Below, piece by piece: positions 1 through 11,031 of a stretch of 64,000 bases of DNA; the first letter of the stretch is position 1; every line of letters begins with the position of its first letter. A model generated the notes under the pieces. The model was not told the origin of the DNA. It searched no databases and saw only the letters and a list, made by a program, of their open reading frames with translations. Source of the DNA: Bdellovibrionaceae bacterium UBA2339 (GTDB taxonomy: Bacteria; Bdellovibrionota; Bdellovibrionia; Bdellovibrionales; JAMPXM01); NCBI GenBank assembly GCA_002344785.1, contig DDUL01000056.1:31752-95751 (forward strand). Reading direction: 5' to 3'. Both the position numbers and the translations under genes were made by a program.

Positions 1-482
1 GCCAGACCTACGAAGCGCTCTTGCAGCGCTGCTTTCATCCTTTTCATCAAGCACTTCGCTTGGCGGCTTCGCGCACGGCTGCGGAATTTCCCAATCAGCC
101 TCTTTATCAGTTGGATCTTCATTCGATGCCGAGCCTCGGCACCAAAGAGCATCGAGATCCGGGAGAGCGACGCGCGGACTTGGTGATCTCCGATCAAGAC
201 GGACGAAGCTGTCGTCCTGAATTGATGGATTTGGTCGAGGCCGCAGGCCACTCCGTCGGTTTGAGTGTGCGTCGCAATTGGCCTTACAAAGGTGGGCGCA
301 TCACCGAAACTTACGGGCGTCCGAGCGAGGGCTGGCATTGCCTGCAAATTGAACTGAATCGCGCGCTTTATATGGACGAGTTCACGAAAGCGAAAATCCC
401 ACAGCGCTTCGAAGAAATTTCCGCGCGTTTGGGACGAATGCTTCATCAGATCGCGGATGGGATCGCTCAGGGGAAATTGTAA
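1..482 (+). CDS. N-formylglutamate amidohydrolase family protein, 3' part (gene begins upstream of window)
   Basis: Frame is open from base 3. Translation ...LDLHSMPS...RRADLVISDQDG...WPYKGGRITETYG...LQIELNRALYMDE resembles the FGase/HutG family. The listed start at 21 is an internal TTG. Confidence 0.6.
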   Translation, partial: QTYEALLQRCFHPFHQALRLAASRTAAEFPNQPLYQLDLHSMPSLGTKEHRDPGERRADLVISDQDGRSCRPELMDLVEAAGHSVGLSVRRNWPYKGGRITETYGRPSEGWHCLQIELNRALYMDEFTKAKIPQRFEEISARLGRMLHQIADGIAQGKL

Positions 483-617
483 AGCCCAGTGAAAGCACAG
501 TGAAAGCCCAATGCTGGAATCGGCTCGAGTTTTCGTTCTTTGGACTTCTCGACCCAAAAATGTGTTTGAGCACTGGGCTTTGACCTGTCGAAGCCCCGGG
601 TTTAGGTTCGGTCGTAC

Positions 618-2174
618 ATGTCGACCTCCAACAAGTCTCCGCAAGGGGCAGATGACAGTTCAACTTCGTCCGCGTCGGCTCAAGCTACAAGCCAAGGCGC
701 GCGTCCTGCGGCGTTGGGCCAGCGACTCCAGCACCCGAAACTCCAACAACTGAAAGCCTTCATTCAGCCCAAGTGGCAACGAAGCATCAAATTTTTGGCC
801 AGCCTGAAACTGGCAGTCGTTATCATCATGACTCTTGGCGCGGTCACCGCTTACGGCACGATCGTCGAAGCTCAATTGGACGCCGCCGCGGCTAAGAAAC
901 TTGTGTATTCGGCGCCGCTGATGGTGATCCCGCTGTTGATGCTCGCGGTTTCCTTGACGGCCGTGATGATTGACCGCTGGCCCTGGCAGAAAAAGCACAC
1001 CGGTTTTGTGTTGGCGCACATTGGAATCCTCATCTTGATGTTGGGTCAGTGGGTGACCAATCAGTTCGGTGTCGATGGCAGCGTGACTTTGACGCGAGAG
1101 CAGCCGGGCAAGTCCATCACCATTTCACCGACGGATTTGACGGTGTTTTCTTCAATGGACGGTGCACGATACGCCTCGATCTATTCGCGCGAAGTCGATT
1201 TCTTTTTAAAGCCTGCGCGCGCCGATCAGCCGTTGGTCATTCCGCTTCCCGACGCCGACTTGAAGATTGTCGAGTCCCACGCCTACGCGCTCCGCGATCA
1301 GAAATTCGTCGAAACACCTGAGAATCCTCAGGCGGGTTCAGCCATTCGATTTCAATTGGTGAATGAGCAAGTCAATGTCACCGAGTGGATGCTTCAGCCC
1401 GCGGCTGGAAATATCGAGACTAAAGAGTTTGGTCCCGCGCAAATCAGCATCGTGGGCGAGTTCCCTCGAGAGTTCACCTCGCGCAATGCGATTTTGCTTA
1501 AACCTCTCGACGGCGAGAAGTTGGCCTATGAAGTTCACACGGCTCGCGAAGGGGTCAAAGTTAAGCGCGGTCGCTTGAAGGCCGGAGAGAGTCTTGCGAC
1601 GGGCTGGATGAAGCTCGAGTTTCGGCTGCTGAAGTACTTGCCTCGGGCGCGTGAAGAGATCCGCTACATTCCCCAAGATCGGCCGACGCCTGTGACCAAT
1701 GCGGCGATTCGAGTCGAGTATCGCGCGCCAGGTGAGTCGCAAATTAAGTCGCAATGGATGGGGCTCAATTCCATCTTGAAGCTGTTTTCAAACGATCAAG
1801 TCTATGTGGTGCAATTTGCGAATCGTCGCATCCCCTTGGGATTTCAAGTGGCTCTCAAAAAGTTCGAAATCGGCCGGTATCAGGGCACACTTCGCGCCGC
1901 CAGCTATCAGAGTTGGGTTGAGGTGGATGGTCTTGGTGAAAGATTGATTTCCATGAATGAGCCGCTCAAGCATGCGGGCTTTACATTTTATCAAGCGAGT
2001 TTCGAAGCGGATGAGCAAGGTCGGCCGGTTGCCAGCATTTTGTCGGTGAACCGCGATCCTGGACGTACCTTGAAGTACTTTGGCTCGCTGTTGATCGTCT
2101 TTGGAACACTCCACTTGTTTTATTGGAAGCGCCGGTCAGCGCGGGCGGCCGCCTCGGCGGCTGCCGCGACTTAA
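618..2174 (+). CDS. ccsB: System II cytochrome c biogenesis protein ResB/CcsB
   Basis: 518 aa. N-terminal KFLASLKLAVVIIMTLGAVTAYGTIVE membrane helix typical of ResB, large periplasmic middle, C-terminal TM. Immediately upstream of ccsA. Confidence 0.8.
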   Translation: MSTSNKSPQGADDSSTSSASAQATSQGARPAALGQRLQHPKLQQLKAFIQPKWQRSIKFLASLKLAVVIIMTLGAVTAYGTIVEAQLDAAAAKKLVYSAPLMVIPLLMLAVSLTAVMIDRWPWQKKHTGFVLAHIGILILMLGQWVTNQFGVDGSVTLTREQPGKSITISPTDLTVFSSMDGARYASIYSREVDFFLKPARADQPLVIPLPDADLKIVESHAYALRDQKFVETPENPQAGSAIRFQLVNEQVNVTEWMLQPAAGNIETKEFGPAQISIVGEFPREFTSRNAILLKPLDGEKLAYEVHTAREGVKVKRGRLKAGESLATGWMKLEFRLLKYLPRAREEIRYIPQDRPTPVTNAAIRVEYRAPGESQIKSQWMGLNSILKLFSNDQVYVVQFANRRIPLGFQVALKKFEIGRYQGTLRAASYQSWVEVDGLGERLISMNEPLKHAGFTFYQASFEADEQGRPVASILSVNRDPGRTLKYFGSLLIVFGTLHLFYWKRRSARAAASAAAAT

Positions 2175-2191
2175 AGTCGTGAGGTGAAATC

Positions 2192-3979
2192 GTGAGAACT
2201 GCATCGTGTTTCCCATCGTCTTCTTGGCTCCGACTGAGTTTGATTGCGCTTTTGAGCCTCAGTGCGCTGACGTCTCTGGTGGCAAGTCGAGCCGAGGCGC
2301 GAAGCGAAGGACTCAAGGAGTTGGCGGTATTGCCGGTACAGGATAATGGCCGAGTGAAGCCGTTTGAGACCTTCGCGCGCGAGAGCCTGCAATTGATTTA
2401 TGGTCGCGAGACTTACAAGTCGCAGGGGCAAGACGGACAAAAACCGGTTCGCCGCCAAGCTCTGGAAGTCGTGCCGACTTGGATGATGGCGGGTGATTTC
2501 TGGGATCAGCAACCGATTGTGGAGCTGAAGCTTAAAGCCCTAAAAGATGCGTTGGGCCTTGAGGCGACGCGCGATCATTACACACCGCTTGAGCTATTCA
2601 AGAACCCTCGCTTGCAGCTGGTGTTTCAAGAACTGGCAGTGTTTCGCGAGTCCAAAAAGAAACTTGATCCCTATAATCAAGCGGCCTCGCGCTTGGAAAG
2701 CCAGCTTGGCGTGTATCAAGGGATCAAAGATGGCTCTTGGCTTCGCGTCTTGCCGCCGACTCCTGAAGTCGTCGCCGAACATGCCGAGAAAGCCAAAGAG
2801 GGCATGGTCATTCCAGATGCGTGGACGCCTGTGGCGGCGCTTGAAGGCGCGGCTAAAGAAAAATTCGCAGCTGTGCTTTCAAGCTACGTGCAAGCCTTGC
2901 CGAATCGCGAAGGTGTTGTGGACCCCGAGGGATCGTCGCGATTGGCGGCCGCCGTGAAGGAGTTTAAGCAGGTCGCGCATGCGGTGAACTCGGAATTGTA
3001 CCCTTCGCTTGAAGAAGGCTTCTTTGGAGCGATGCGCGCGGAAGTGCACTACGAAACTTTTCATCCTTTTATGTGGGCGTGGATTCTGTATTTGCTGAGC
3101 GCTTTGGCGATGACGTTTGCTTGGAATGCAAAGAGCCAAGCCGTGGTGTCCAAGGCGTATGTGGCATCTTGGATCTTAGTGGGCCTGGCGTTTTTGCTGC
3201 ACACTTATGGATTTGGACTTCGTGTTTACCTCACCGGTCGACCGCCGGTTTCGAACATGTATGAGACTGTGGTGTGGGTGTCTTGGGGCACGATTTTGTT
3301 CGCGATGTTTTTTGAGTGGCGACACAAGTCGCGCTATGTGTTGCTCGCCGGTGCGTTGGTCGCTGTGCTTTGCAACATCGTCTCGGATCTCTCGACGCAC
3401 ATATTGGACGGCAGCTTGCAGCCGTTGGAGCCGGTACTCCGTTCGAATCTTTGGCTGATTGTGCATGTGTTGACGATCACCATCAGCTATTCGGCCTTTT
3501 TCCTGGCTTGGGCCTTGGCAAACTTTGGTTTGGTCATGGTGCTTCGCGGAGAAGGTTACGCCACGGCTCGTGTTCGAGATTTGGTGCAAGCCTGCTATCG
3601 CGCACTACAGATCGGCGTGGTGCTACTGGCCGCCGGCACGATCTTGGGCGGCGTTTGGGCTGACTACAGTTGGGGGCGGTTCTGGGGTTGGGACCCAAAA
3701 GAAACTTGGGCCCTCATTGCGCTCCTCGGATATCTCGCGATCTTGCACGCTCGGCTTGTGGGCTGGGTGCGTGAGCGCGGCATGTTGATCGGCTCGATCG
3801 TCGCCTTCAATTTGGTGATCATGGCCTGGTACGGAGTGAACTTCGTGTTGGGTGCGGGGCTTCATTCTTATGGATTCGGGGCAGGCGGCGTGGAGTATGT
3901 GACGGGCTTTGTGTTGCTCAACTTGGCCTTTGTGGGAGTGGTCGAGGCCACTCAGCGCTTGAGATCCGCGAAGTCTTAA
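2192..3979 (+). CDS. ccsA: Cytochrome c-type biogenesis protein CcsA/ResC (heme handling, WWD motif)
   Basis: 595 aa with GTG start 18 nt after ccsB. Trp-rich motif GGVWADYSWGRFWGWDPKETWALI and multiple TM helices. Confidence 0.85.
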   Translation: MRTASCFPSSSWLRLSLIALLSLSALTSLVASRAEARSEGLKELAVLPVQDNGRVKPFETFARESLQLIYGRETYKSQGQDGQKPVRRQALEVVPTWMMAGDFWDQQPIVELKLKALKDALGLEATRDHYTPLELFKNPRLQLVFQELAVFRESKKKLDPYNQAASRLESQLGVYQGIKDGSWLRVLPPTPEVVAEHAEKAKEGMVIPDAWTPVAALEGAAKEKFAAVLSSYVQALPNREGVVDPEGSSRLAAAVKEFKQVAHAVNSELYPSLEEGFFGAMRAEVHYETFHPFMWAWILYLLSALAMTFAWNAKSQAVVSKAYVASWILVGLAFLLHTYGFGLRVYLTGRPPVSNMYETVVWVSWGTILFAMFFEWRHKSRYVLLAGALVAVLCNIVSDLSTHILDGSLQPLEPVLRSNLWLIVHVLTITISYSAFFLAWALANFGLVMVLRGEGYATARVRDLVQACYRALQIGVVLLAAGTILGGVWADYSWGRFWGWDPKETWALIALLGYLAILHARLVGWVRERGMLIGSIVAFNLVIMAWYGVNFVLGAGLHSYGFGAGGVEYVTGFVLLNLAFVGVVEATQRLRSAKS

Positions 3980-4397
3980 GTCGCTCGGCGTCATGCGCTG
4001 CGGGCGTCGCGAGTTTGAGACATTTCGGCGAGGCTTTAAGGCTTTGCGTGAGCAAGCCGTGTGGATCCGCTTGCAGTGCTGGGTCTCGAATTTGATTCTT
4101 CTTTAATCACGGCGAAGCCGTGCATCCGAGTCATCTTCAGCTAGGCTTCACCGAGTGTGCGTCGGTGATTGGCTTGCAAAATTCCAAGAGGCCATTGAGC
4201 AAGCTGTCTGTTGGATCGCGAAGCTCAACGGCGTGGGGGAGTGGTTGCGGTTGATCGGAACTGGCCCGGGGGCTGTTGAAGTGTAACTGCTGAGGCCTTC
4301 AGCATTCTCAATTTCGTCTCGATTCTCGAGAAAAACGTTTTTCAATTGTTGGCATATCCATTACTTATGGAGTGCAACTTCAATTGAGGTCAGCCTG

Positions 4398-5054
4398 ATG
4401 CACGTCGTGGATTCGTTCGTCCGAAATTCATTCGTCCGATCCTTTTCCTTTTCAGCCGTTTACTTTTCAGGCGTGAAGAGAGCCGCGCATGGAATTGCTT
4501 TCCTGCAAGGCGCTTTGCCGTCGCTGAAGACTTTGTCGCTCGCTTCGATGTTGTCGATGTCGATGTGGCTGACGGCCTGCGGCTGGGAGTGGGGATCGAT
4601 TGGCTACAACAAAGGCTATGCGCCCGAGCAGCCGATTCCGTTCTCACATGAGCTGCATGCGGGACAGTACAAGATGCAGTGCTTGTACTGCCACTCTTCA
4701 GCTGAGCGCGCGAACCACTCCGCTGTTCCGTCACTGAATATTTGCATGAACTGCCATCTGGTGGTGCCGGGGAGCGAGGGCAATCCTTGGATTCCCAAGC
4801 TGCAAGAGGCTTACGCGAAGAACGAACCCATCGTGTGGAAGAAGGTTCACTTGCTTCCAGATCACGTGAAGTTCAATCACAAGCGCCACGTTGAAAAGTA
4901 TGGCGCTCCTCAAGCTTGTCACAAGTGTCACGGTCCGGTGGAAAGCATGGAGACGATGTACCAATTCTCGAGCCTCTCGATGGGCTGGTGCATTAACTGT
5001 CATCGCGAGTCGGAGAACCAGGCGCCTGTGAGTTGCTCAACTTGTCATTATTGA
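4398..5054 (+). CDS. actA: Alternative Complex III subunit ActA, pentaheme cytochrome c
   Basis: Five CxxCH motifs (CLYCH, CMNCH, CHKCH, CINCH, CSTCH). N-terminal hydrophobic/lipoprotein-like LTACG. GAGGT Shine-Dalgarno 7 nt before the ATG. First gene of the act cluster. Confidence 0.8.
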   Translation: MHVVDSFVRNSFVRSFSFSAVYFSGVKRAAHGIAFLQGALPSLKTLSLASMLSMSMWLTACGWEWGSIGYNKGYAPEQPIPFSHELHAGQYKMQCLYCHSSAERANHSAVPSLNICMNCHLVVPGSEGNPWIPKLQEAYAKNEPIVWKKVHLLPDHVKFNHKRHVEKYGAPQACHKCHGPVESMETMYQFSSLSMGWCINCHRESENQAPVSCSTCHY

Positions 5055-5290
5055 TCTCTGAGGGTGAGTCGCGCTGGCTGCGACTCAAAGGGACTTGTGA
5101 AGTCAGTCATGGATCTTGAGAGCACGCAGACTGAAAGCCGCCGCTCCCGAGAAGCTGAGTCCCCCCGCAAAGAGCGATGCGAACTGAGCGATACGAGCAG
5201 ATTGAATTGATAAAAAAACGATACGAAGCGGTCCGATAAACCAAGGTCTGAATCCATAAGGATCTTGGTCAGAAAAGACAGAACCAAAGA

Positions 5291-8200
5291 GTGGGATGGG
5301 AAATGATGGATTCCAAACTCCAAGCTGGTCATCAAGATAGTCAGTCGAAGTCCCCCGCTGAGAGTGGTCCGGCCTATTGGTTGAGTCTCGAGGAACTCGA
5401 AGCTCATCCTGGCATGGCTGAACGCTATGAAAATGAATTCATGGCTTCACCACTTTCCGCCGACGATAACGGCTTTGCTCGACGTGATTTTCTCAAAGTG
5501 ATGGGCGCAAGTCTCGCGCTGGCCACGAGCGCGTGTGTGCGTCGCCCGGCGGCCACCATCATTCCCTATGCGAAAGCTCCTAAGGAAATCACCCCTGGCG
5601 AAGCGAACTTCTATACGTCCAGTTGGTTTGACGGCTATGAGGGCGCGGGCCTGCTCGTGAAAACTCTCGAAGGACGTCCCATAAAGCTTGAGGGCAATCC
5701 TCAGCACCCCATCAATCTCGGTGCGCTGTCGGCGCGGGCGCATGCTGAAGTCTTGTCGCTCTATGATCCAGACCGCCTTCGCGGTCCTCGTCGCAATCTC
5801 GTGAACAAAGACCGCAGCAATTCGGAATCTGTGTCGACGAAATTCGAAGAAGCTGACGCGGCCATTCTTGAAGTGCTCAAAAAAGGTGGCGTGGCTTTGG
5901 TGACGGGCAGCAAGCCGTCCCCCTCGGTGCGAGCCATCATCGGTGATTTCTCGCGCGCTTTCGGCGTTCGCTGGGTCGAGTACGATGCTTTGTCGCTGGA
6001 GTCCGTTCGCGAAGGTCAGCGCTTGTCCTATGGACGAGCCGTTCTGCCTCGTTATCGATTTGATTTGGCTCAGTTCGTGGTCAGCATCGACGCCGACTTT
6101 TTGGGAACTTTGATCTCTCCGGTTGAGTTCACCAAGCAGTGGTCCAAGCGCCGAACTCCGGGTGCGGATATGTCGCGCTTGGTTTGCTTTGAGTCGACGA
6201 TGTCGCTTACGGGCATGAACGCGGATGATCGAGTACGCATTCGTCCTTCGCGACAACTTGATGTTGCATTTGCGCTTTTGAATCGATTGGCGCGAAAGGG
6301 TGCGACGATGCCCGCTGGTTTGGCGGAATCGGCGAAAGCCTTCTCGGCCGCTGAAGGTGAAGCCGGACTTGATCCGATGTTCTTGGATCGCGTGGCCGAT
6401 GAACTTTGGAAAAAGCGCGGCACGAGCTTGGTTTTGGCCGGAGGCCTCGCGACGGCAACCGCGCAGCAGCTGGAGCTGCAGGTCGTGGTGAACGCCCTGA
6501 ACTCGGTCTTGGGTAACGACGGTAAAACCGTCGATCACGACTCGGCCGTCTTCCAAACTTACTCGGGTTCAGCGAAGAGTTTGGCTACACTGATTCAAGA
6601 TGTGGCCGCTGGAAAAGTGAAGACGCTGATCATCGATGACCTCGATCTGATGACTTTGCTTCCCAAAGACTCGGGCTTCGCTGAAGCGATCAAGAAACTT
6701 GAGAACTTGATCTATACAGGCAATCGCAACGATGCCACAGGACGCCTTTCGAATTGGGTTCTGCCGGTGGGAAGCTCGCTCGAAACTTGGGGCGATCTTG
6801 AATTACAAAGCGGGATCTATTCCATTCAGCAACCGACCATCATGCCGATGTACGACACGCGATCTTTGGGCGAACTCTTGTTGGCCTGGACGAAAGCGGG
6901 TTCAGCTTCGGCACGAGTCAAGGCTTCGGAAACTTGGTTGGATTATGTGAAGGCGACTTGGTCACAAGAGATTCAGTCCAAGACGGATTTGGGTCGTGGC
7001 AAGGCCTTCAACGATTTCTGGATTGAGTTGCTGCAGACGGGTGTCGCCATGAGCGGCGGACGCCGCGAACGCACGTCTTCCGCGCGCGCCTTTGTGGGTC
7101 GCGTGAGTGTGAAGCCGGCGCCGAATCGTGCGGTGATGGAACTTGTGCTGCACGCCAATTCGCAAATGATGGACGGTCGCTATGCGAACGTGCCTTGGCT
7201 GCAAGAGCTTCCAGACCCAGTTTCCAAAGTGGTTTGGGATAACTATTTGGCGGTGTCGCCGGCATGGGCCCGCGAGCAGGGCGTGAAGCAAGGTGATGTG
7301 ATCGAGATCACTTCGGGTGATTTCAAGATGCGCGCGCCCGCTTGGATTCAGCCTGGACTGCACGATGCGGTTTGCACGATGGCCGTCGGCTATGGACGAA
7401 AGGGTCTTGGCAAAGTGGCCGAAGACTCGGGCTTCGACGCTTACCAGGCGGCGATGTTCAATGCTGGACAGCCGATTTTCTCCGGTCGCTTGGTGGAACT
7501 GAAAAAGACCAAAGAGCGCTATGAATTGGTGTCCACGCAAATCCATCATGTGATGGAAAACCGCCCCTTGTCGCTTGAGACGACCAAGGCGGCTTTTGAA
7601 AAGGATCAAGGATCAGGCATTCACCGCCATCACGTGTTCACGATTTGGCCGGAGCATCAGTACACCAAACACAAGTGGGCGATGACGGTCGATCTGAACT
7701 CGTGCACAGGCTGCTCAGCCTGCGTGGTTGCCTGCTCGAGCGAAAATAACGTGCAAGTCGTCGGCAAACGCTACGTGATGGAAGGCCGCGAGATGCACTG
7801 GATCCGCATCGATCGCTACTACAAGGGTGACATGGCTTCGCCCGACACAGTTTTCCAGCCGGTGATGTGTCAACACTGTGAAAACGCGCCTTGCGAAACA
7901 GTTTGTCCTGTTCTGGCCACCGTCCATAACGACGAAGGCTTGAACGACATGGCCTACAATCGCTGCGTGGGAACTCGCTACTGCGCGAACAACTGCCCGT
8001 ACAAAGTTCGTCGCTTCAACTGGTTCAACTATGTGAAGAAGCGCGCCGAGCCTTTGCATATGGCGTACAACCCAGACGTCACGGTTCGCACGCGCGGTGT
8101 GATGGAAAAGTGCACGTTCTGCGTTCAGCGAATTCGTCGTGCGACCAATGTCGCAAAAGATGAAAAGCGTCCGCTCCGCGATGGTGAGATCAAGACAGCT

Positions 8201-8464
8201 TGCCAAGAAACTTGCCCGGCTGACGCGATCGTCTTTGGCGACCTCAACAACAAAGAGTCGCGTGTCGCGAAGCTGTTTGCGGAAAAGCGCGCTTACACAT
8301 TGCTTGAAGAACTCAACAACCAACCTCGAGTTCGTTATCTCACACGCGTTCGCCATGCCGAGCGCGTGGACGAGAAGCACGGACACGGCGGTGGACATGC
8401 GGCGGGACGGGCCGAGGACCGTCAAGATCAAACGACATGTGCGTTTGAAGGTGGGCTGGTATGA
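5291..8464 (+). CDS. actB: Alternative Complex III subunit ActB (molybdopterin-oxidoreductase-like plus 4Fe-4S ferredoxin domain)
   Basis: 1057 aa. Twin-arginine signal [15 protein letters not shown]. Cys clusters [44 protein letters not shown]. Start is uncertain: GTG 5291 or ATG 5303/5306. Confidence 0.85.
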   Translation: MGWEMMDSKLQAGHQDSQSKSPAESGPAYWLSLEELEAHPGMAERYENEFMASPLSADDNGFARRDFLKVMGASLALATSACVRRPAATIIPYAKAPKEITPGEANFYTSSWFDGYEGAGLLVKTLEGRPIKLEGNPQHPINLGALSARAHAEVLSLYDPDRLRGPRRNLVNKDRSNSESVSTKFEEADAAILEVLKKGGVALVTGSKPSPSVRAIIGDFSRAFGVRWVEYDALSLESVREGQRLSYGRAVLPRYRFDLAQFVVSIDADFLGTLISPVEFTKQWSKRRTPGADMSRLVCFESTMSLTGMNADDRVRIRPSRQLDVAFALLNRLARKGATMPAGLAESAKAFSAAEGEAGLDPMFLDRVADELWKKRGTSLVLAGGLATATAQQLELQVVVNALNSVLGNDGKTVDHDSAVFQTYSGSAKSLATLIQDVAAGKVKTLIIDDLDLMTLLPKDSGFAEAIKKLENLIYTGNRNDATGRLSNWVLPVGSSLETWGDLELQSGIYSIQQPTIMPMYDTRSLGELLLAWTKAGSASARVKASETWLDYVKATWSQEIQSKTDLGRGKAFNDFWIELLQTGVAMSGGRRERTSSARAFVGRVSVKPAPNRAVMELVLHANSQMMDGRYANVPWLQELPDPVSKVVWDNYLAVSPAWAREQGVKQGDVIEITSGDFKMRAPAWIQPGLHDAVCTMAVGYGRKGLGKVAEDSGFDAYQAAMFNAGQPIFSGRLVELKKTKERYELVSTQIHHVMENRPLSLETTKAAFEKDQGSGIHRHHVFTIWPEHQYTKHKWAMTVDLNSCTGCSACVVACSSENNVQVVGKRYVMEGREMHWIRIDRYYKGDMASPDTVFQPVMCQHCENAPCETVCPVLATVHNDEGLNDMAYNRCVGTRYCANNCPYKVRRFNWFNYVKKRAEPLHMAYNPDVTVRTRGVMEKCTFCVQRIRRATNVAKDEKRPLRDGEIKTACQETCPADAIVFGDLNNKESRVAKLFAEKRAYTLLEELNNQPRVRYLTRVRHAERVDEKHGHGGGHAAGRAEDRQDQTTCAFEGGLV

Positions 8465-9849
8465 GCGAAGCGTCTATGAATATGGCATCGGAAGTGGCTC
8501 GCAAACCTCTGATCCTGGGGAACAAGACTTATAAAGATATCAGCGATGATATTTGCGAACCGGTCGAGGCGGCGCCGGGTAAACGTTGGCTGGCGCTGCT
8601 GTTGAGTGCGAAGGGTTTGTTCTTGTTCTACCTGATTCACATCGCCATCGTGGTCTCCACGGGCATGGGACTTTTGGGTGTGAACAGCCCCATTGCATGG
8701 GGAACCATGATCATCACCTTCGTCTTTTGGATCGGCATCGGCCATGCCGGGACCCTGATTTCGGCGATCTTGTTTTTGTTCCGCCAGAAGTGGCGAACTT
8801 CGGTCGCCAGATCCGCTGAAGCCATGACGGTGTTTGCGGTGATGACGGCGGGGATTTTCCCGCTGATTCACACGGGTCGTCCTTGGCTGGATTTCTGGTT
8901 GCTACCGTATCCGAACCAGCGCGGTCCGCTTTGGGTGAACTTCCGTTCGCCGCTATTGTGGGATGTGTTTGCCGTTTCGACTTACGCGACGGTGTCGTCG
9001 GTCTTCTGGTATGTCGGCTTGGTGCCGGACTTCGCGACTCTGCGCGATCGAGCGAAGACGAAGATTCGTCGCTTGATCTATGGTGCCTTGTCGATGGGCT
9101 GGCGCGGTTCGGCTCGCGATTGGGCTCACTATGAAATGGTGTATTTGATTTTGGCGGGTCTTTCGACGCCGCTGGTCCTCTCAGTTCACACGATCGTCTC
9201 GTTCGACTTCGCGGTTTCCCAGCTTCCAGGCTGGCACACGACGATTTTCCCGCCTTACTTCGTCGCGGGTGCGATTTTCTCGGGCTTCGGCATGGTCGTG
9301 ACCTTGCTGACTTTGGTTCGCATCGGCTTCCCGAAGTTTAAGGACTACATCACCATCGATCACATGGAAGTGATGAACAAAATCATCATGGCCACGGGTT
9401 TGATGGTCGGCTACGCGTACGGATCTGAGTTCTTCATTGCTTGGTACTCGGGTAACCCCTACGAGCAGTACGCTTTCATAAACCGCGCGTTCGGTCCCTA
9501 CGCTTGGTCCTACTGGATCATGGTCACTTGCAACGTCATCATCCCGCAGCTGTTTTGGGTGAAGAAGTTCCGTCGCTCGATCCCGGTGATGTTCGTGGTG
9601 TCGATCTTCGTGAACATCGGTATGTGGTTTGAACGCTTCGTGATCACGGTGACTTCATTGCATCGCGACTTCTTGCCGTCGAGCTGGGGCATGTACGAGT
9701 GGTCGTGGTTCGATACGGCCATCTTGTCGGGCAGTTTCGGAATGTTCCTTACGATCTTCATGCTTTACCTGAAGTTTGTGCCGGCGATTTCCATCGCCGA
9801 GGTGAAGCCTGTGCTCTATGTCGGCCGGCAGCGGCCGGGAGGTCACTAA
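8461..9849 (+). CDS. actC: Alternative Complex III subunit ActC (NrfD/PsrC-like polytopic quinol-interacting membrane subunit)
   Basis: 462 aa, about 10 hydrophobic helices. ATGA overlap with the actB stop. Confidence 0.85.
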   Translation: MSEASMNMASEVARKPLILGNKTYKDISDDICEPVEAAPGKRWLALLLSAKGLFLFYLIHIAIVVSTGMGLLGVNSPIAWGTMIITFVFWIGIGHAGTLISAILFLFRQKWRTSVARSAEAMTVFAVMTAGIFPLIHTGRPWLDFWLLPYPNQRGPLWVNFRSPLLWDVFAVSTYATVSSVFWYVGLVPDFATLRDRAKTKIRRLIYGALSMGWRGSARDWAHYEMVYLILAGLSTPLVLSVHTIVSFDFAVSQLPGWHTTIFPPYFVAGAIFSGFGMVVTLLTLVRIGFPKFKDYITIDHMEVMNKIIMATGLMVGYAYGSEFFIAWYSGNPYEQYAFINRAFGPYAWSYWIMVTCNVIIPQLFWVKKFRRSIPVMFVVSIFVNIGMWFERFVITVTSLHRDFLPSSWGMYEWSWFDTAILSGSFGMFLTIFMLYLKFVPAISIAEVKPVLYVGRQRPGGH

Positions 9850-10370
9850 TGGCAAAGTTGGGTGGAGTGGCCGGAATTTGGTTGGACGATCACGCCTGTG
9901 TTGAGGCTGCGGCCAAAGTTCGCGCCGCTGGATTTAAGAAGTTCGATGCGATCACGCCTTTTCCCGTGCATGGCATGGAAGAAGCTGTGGGCATCAAGCG
10001 TTCGTGGATTCCTTACGTCACATTCGCGGCGGGGACCTTGGGACTTGCGAGCGGTGTGGCCTTGCAATATTGGACCTCGGCCGTCAGCTGGCCGATCAAT
10101 GTCGGTGGTAAACCGTTCTTCTCGGGACCGGCCTTTGCGCCTGTCATGTTTGAATTGACCATCTTGTTTGCGGCGCTTTTTTCCGTCGGGGCTTTGTTTG
10201 CGGCTTGTCGCTTGCCGAAAGTTGATCCGCCGGTGATCGATCCGGATCTGACCAGCCATAAGTTCGCGATTTTCATTCCTGAAAATGATGTCGGCTACAA
10301 TGCCGAGCGCTGCGAGCAATTGCTCAAGAGCTTAGGCGCTGTCGAAACCAAGCGGATCTCGGCGTACTGA
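9849..10370 (+). CDS. actD: Alternative Complex III subunit ActD
   Basis: ATG at 9849 overlaps the actC TAA (TAATG). [45 protein letters not shown] followed by two TM helices. The longer listed ORF from 9699 lies inside actC. Confidence 0.7.
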   Translation: MAKLGGVAGIWLDDHACVEAAAKVRAAGFKKFDAITPFPVHGMEEAVGIKRSWIPYVTFAAGTLGLASGVALQYWTSAVSWPINVGGKPFFSGPAFAPVMFELTILFAALFSVGALFAACRLPKVDPPVIDPDLTSHKFAIFIPENDVGYNAERCEQLLKSLGAVETKRISAY

Positions 10371-10381
10371 GTGGGGAAGTG

Positions 10382-11005
10382 ATGATGAAAACACAATCGA
10401 ACAAGCTCGCTTCAAATTGGCCGACCACGCTTTCGCTGGGACTCTCGATGGGCTTCATGCTCGCGGTGTTGCCGGCTTGCACGGGTGGCGACGGATTGTC
10501 GAAGCAACCGAATGTGGAGTTGATCCAAGATATGATGGATCAACCGGCGCTCAAGGCTCAGGACTCTGAGCCTGGTCAACCGAACAAGGCGGCCTCGCGA
10601 ATTCCTCCCGAAGGAACTGTGCCGGTGGGCTACAAGCCTTATCCGTATCCGGGGCAGCCTGAAACGGCAGCGCAGCGCCTGAAGAATCCTGTGGCGGGCA
10701 ACATGACGCCGCAGCTGTTGGAAGTGGGGCGCCGCAAATATGAAATCTACTGCCAGGTTTGTCATGGTGAGACCGGGGCGGGTGATGGGCCCGTGGCCGT
10801 CAAAATGGCGTCGAAGCCGCCGCCTGTGACCTCGGACAAAATCAAAAAGATGAGCGATGGTGGGATTTATCACATCATCACCGATGGTCAGGGCCTGATG
10901 GGATCTTATGCGTATCAAATCGTGAAAGAGGAAGATCGCTGGGCCTTGGTGAATTACGTGCGCAATCTGCAAAAGTTGTCGGAACGCGCGTCGTCCAAAC
11001 AGTGA
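10382..11005 (+). CDS. actE: Alternative Complex III subunit ActE, monoheme cytochrome c lipoprotein
   Basis: Single CQVCHGETG motif and lipobox-like LAVLPACTGG. Start could be GTG 10379 or ATG 10382/10385. Confidence 0.75.
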   Translation: MMKTQSNKLASNWPTTLSLGLSMGFMLAVLPACTGGDGLSKQPNVELIQDMMDQPALKAQDSEPGQPNKAASRIPPEGTVPVGYKPYPYPGQPETAAQRLKNPVAGNMTPQLLEVGRRKYEIYCQVCHGETGAGDGPVAVKMASKPPPVTSDKIKKMSDGGIYHIITDGQGLMGSYAYQIVKEEDRWALVNYVRNLQKLSERASSKQ

Positions 11006-11031
11006 GTTTTTAGCAAACGGAGAATTTGAAT

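Noticed and set aside
4148-4345. 65-aa minus-strand ORF in the ccsA-actA spacer
   Set aside because: It has no ribosome-binding site or recognisable motif and sits in a probable promoter/leader region. The 418-nt spacer also showed no RNA-gene signature that I could recognise (SRP, RNase P, tmRNA, 6S).
4350-4364. Sigma-54-like promoter TGGCATATCCATTAC upstream of actA
   Set aside because: Spacing is right, but the -12 element reads TTAC instead of TTGC, and no enhancer-binding-protein gene is nearby. A single near-match is too weak to call.
5447-6556. 369-aa minus-strand ORF inside actB
   Set aside because: It is antisense to a strongly supported gene. The Arg/Ala-rich translation is typical of GC-rich shadow frames.
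9699-9848. Longer ActD ORF starting at 9699
   Set aside because: The extra 50 codons lie entirely within actC in another frame. The ATG at 9849 overlapping the actC stop gives a typical ActD N-terminus.
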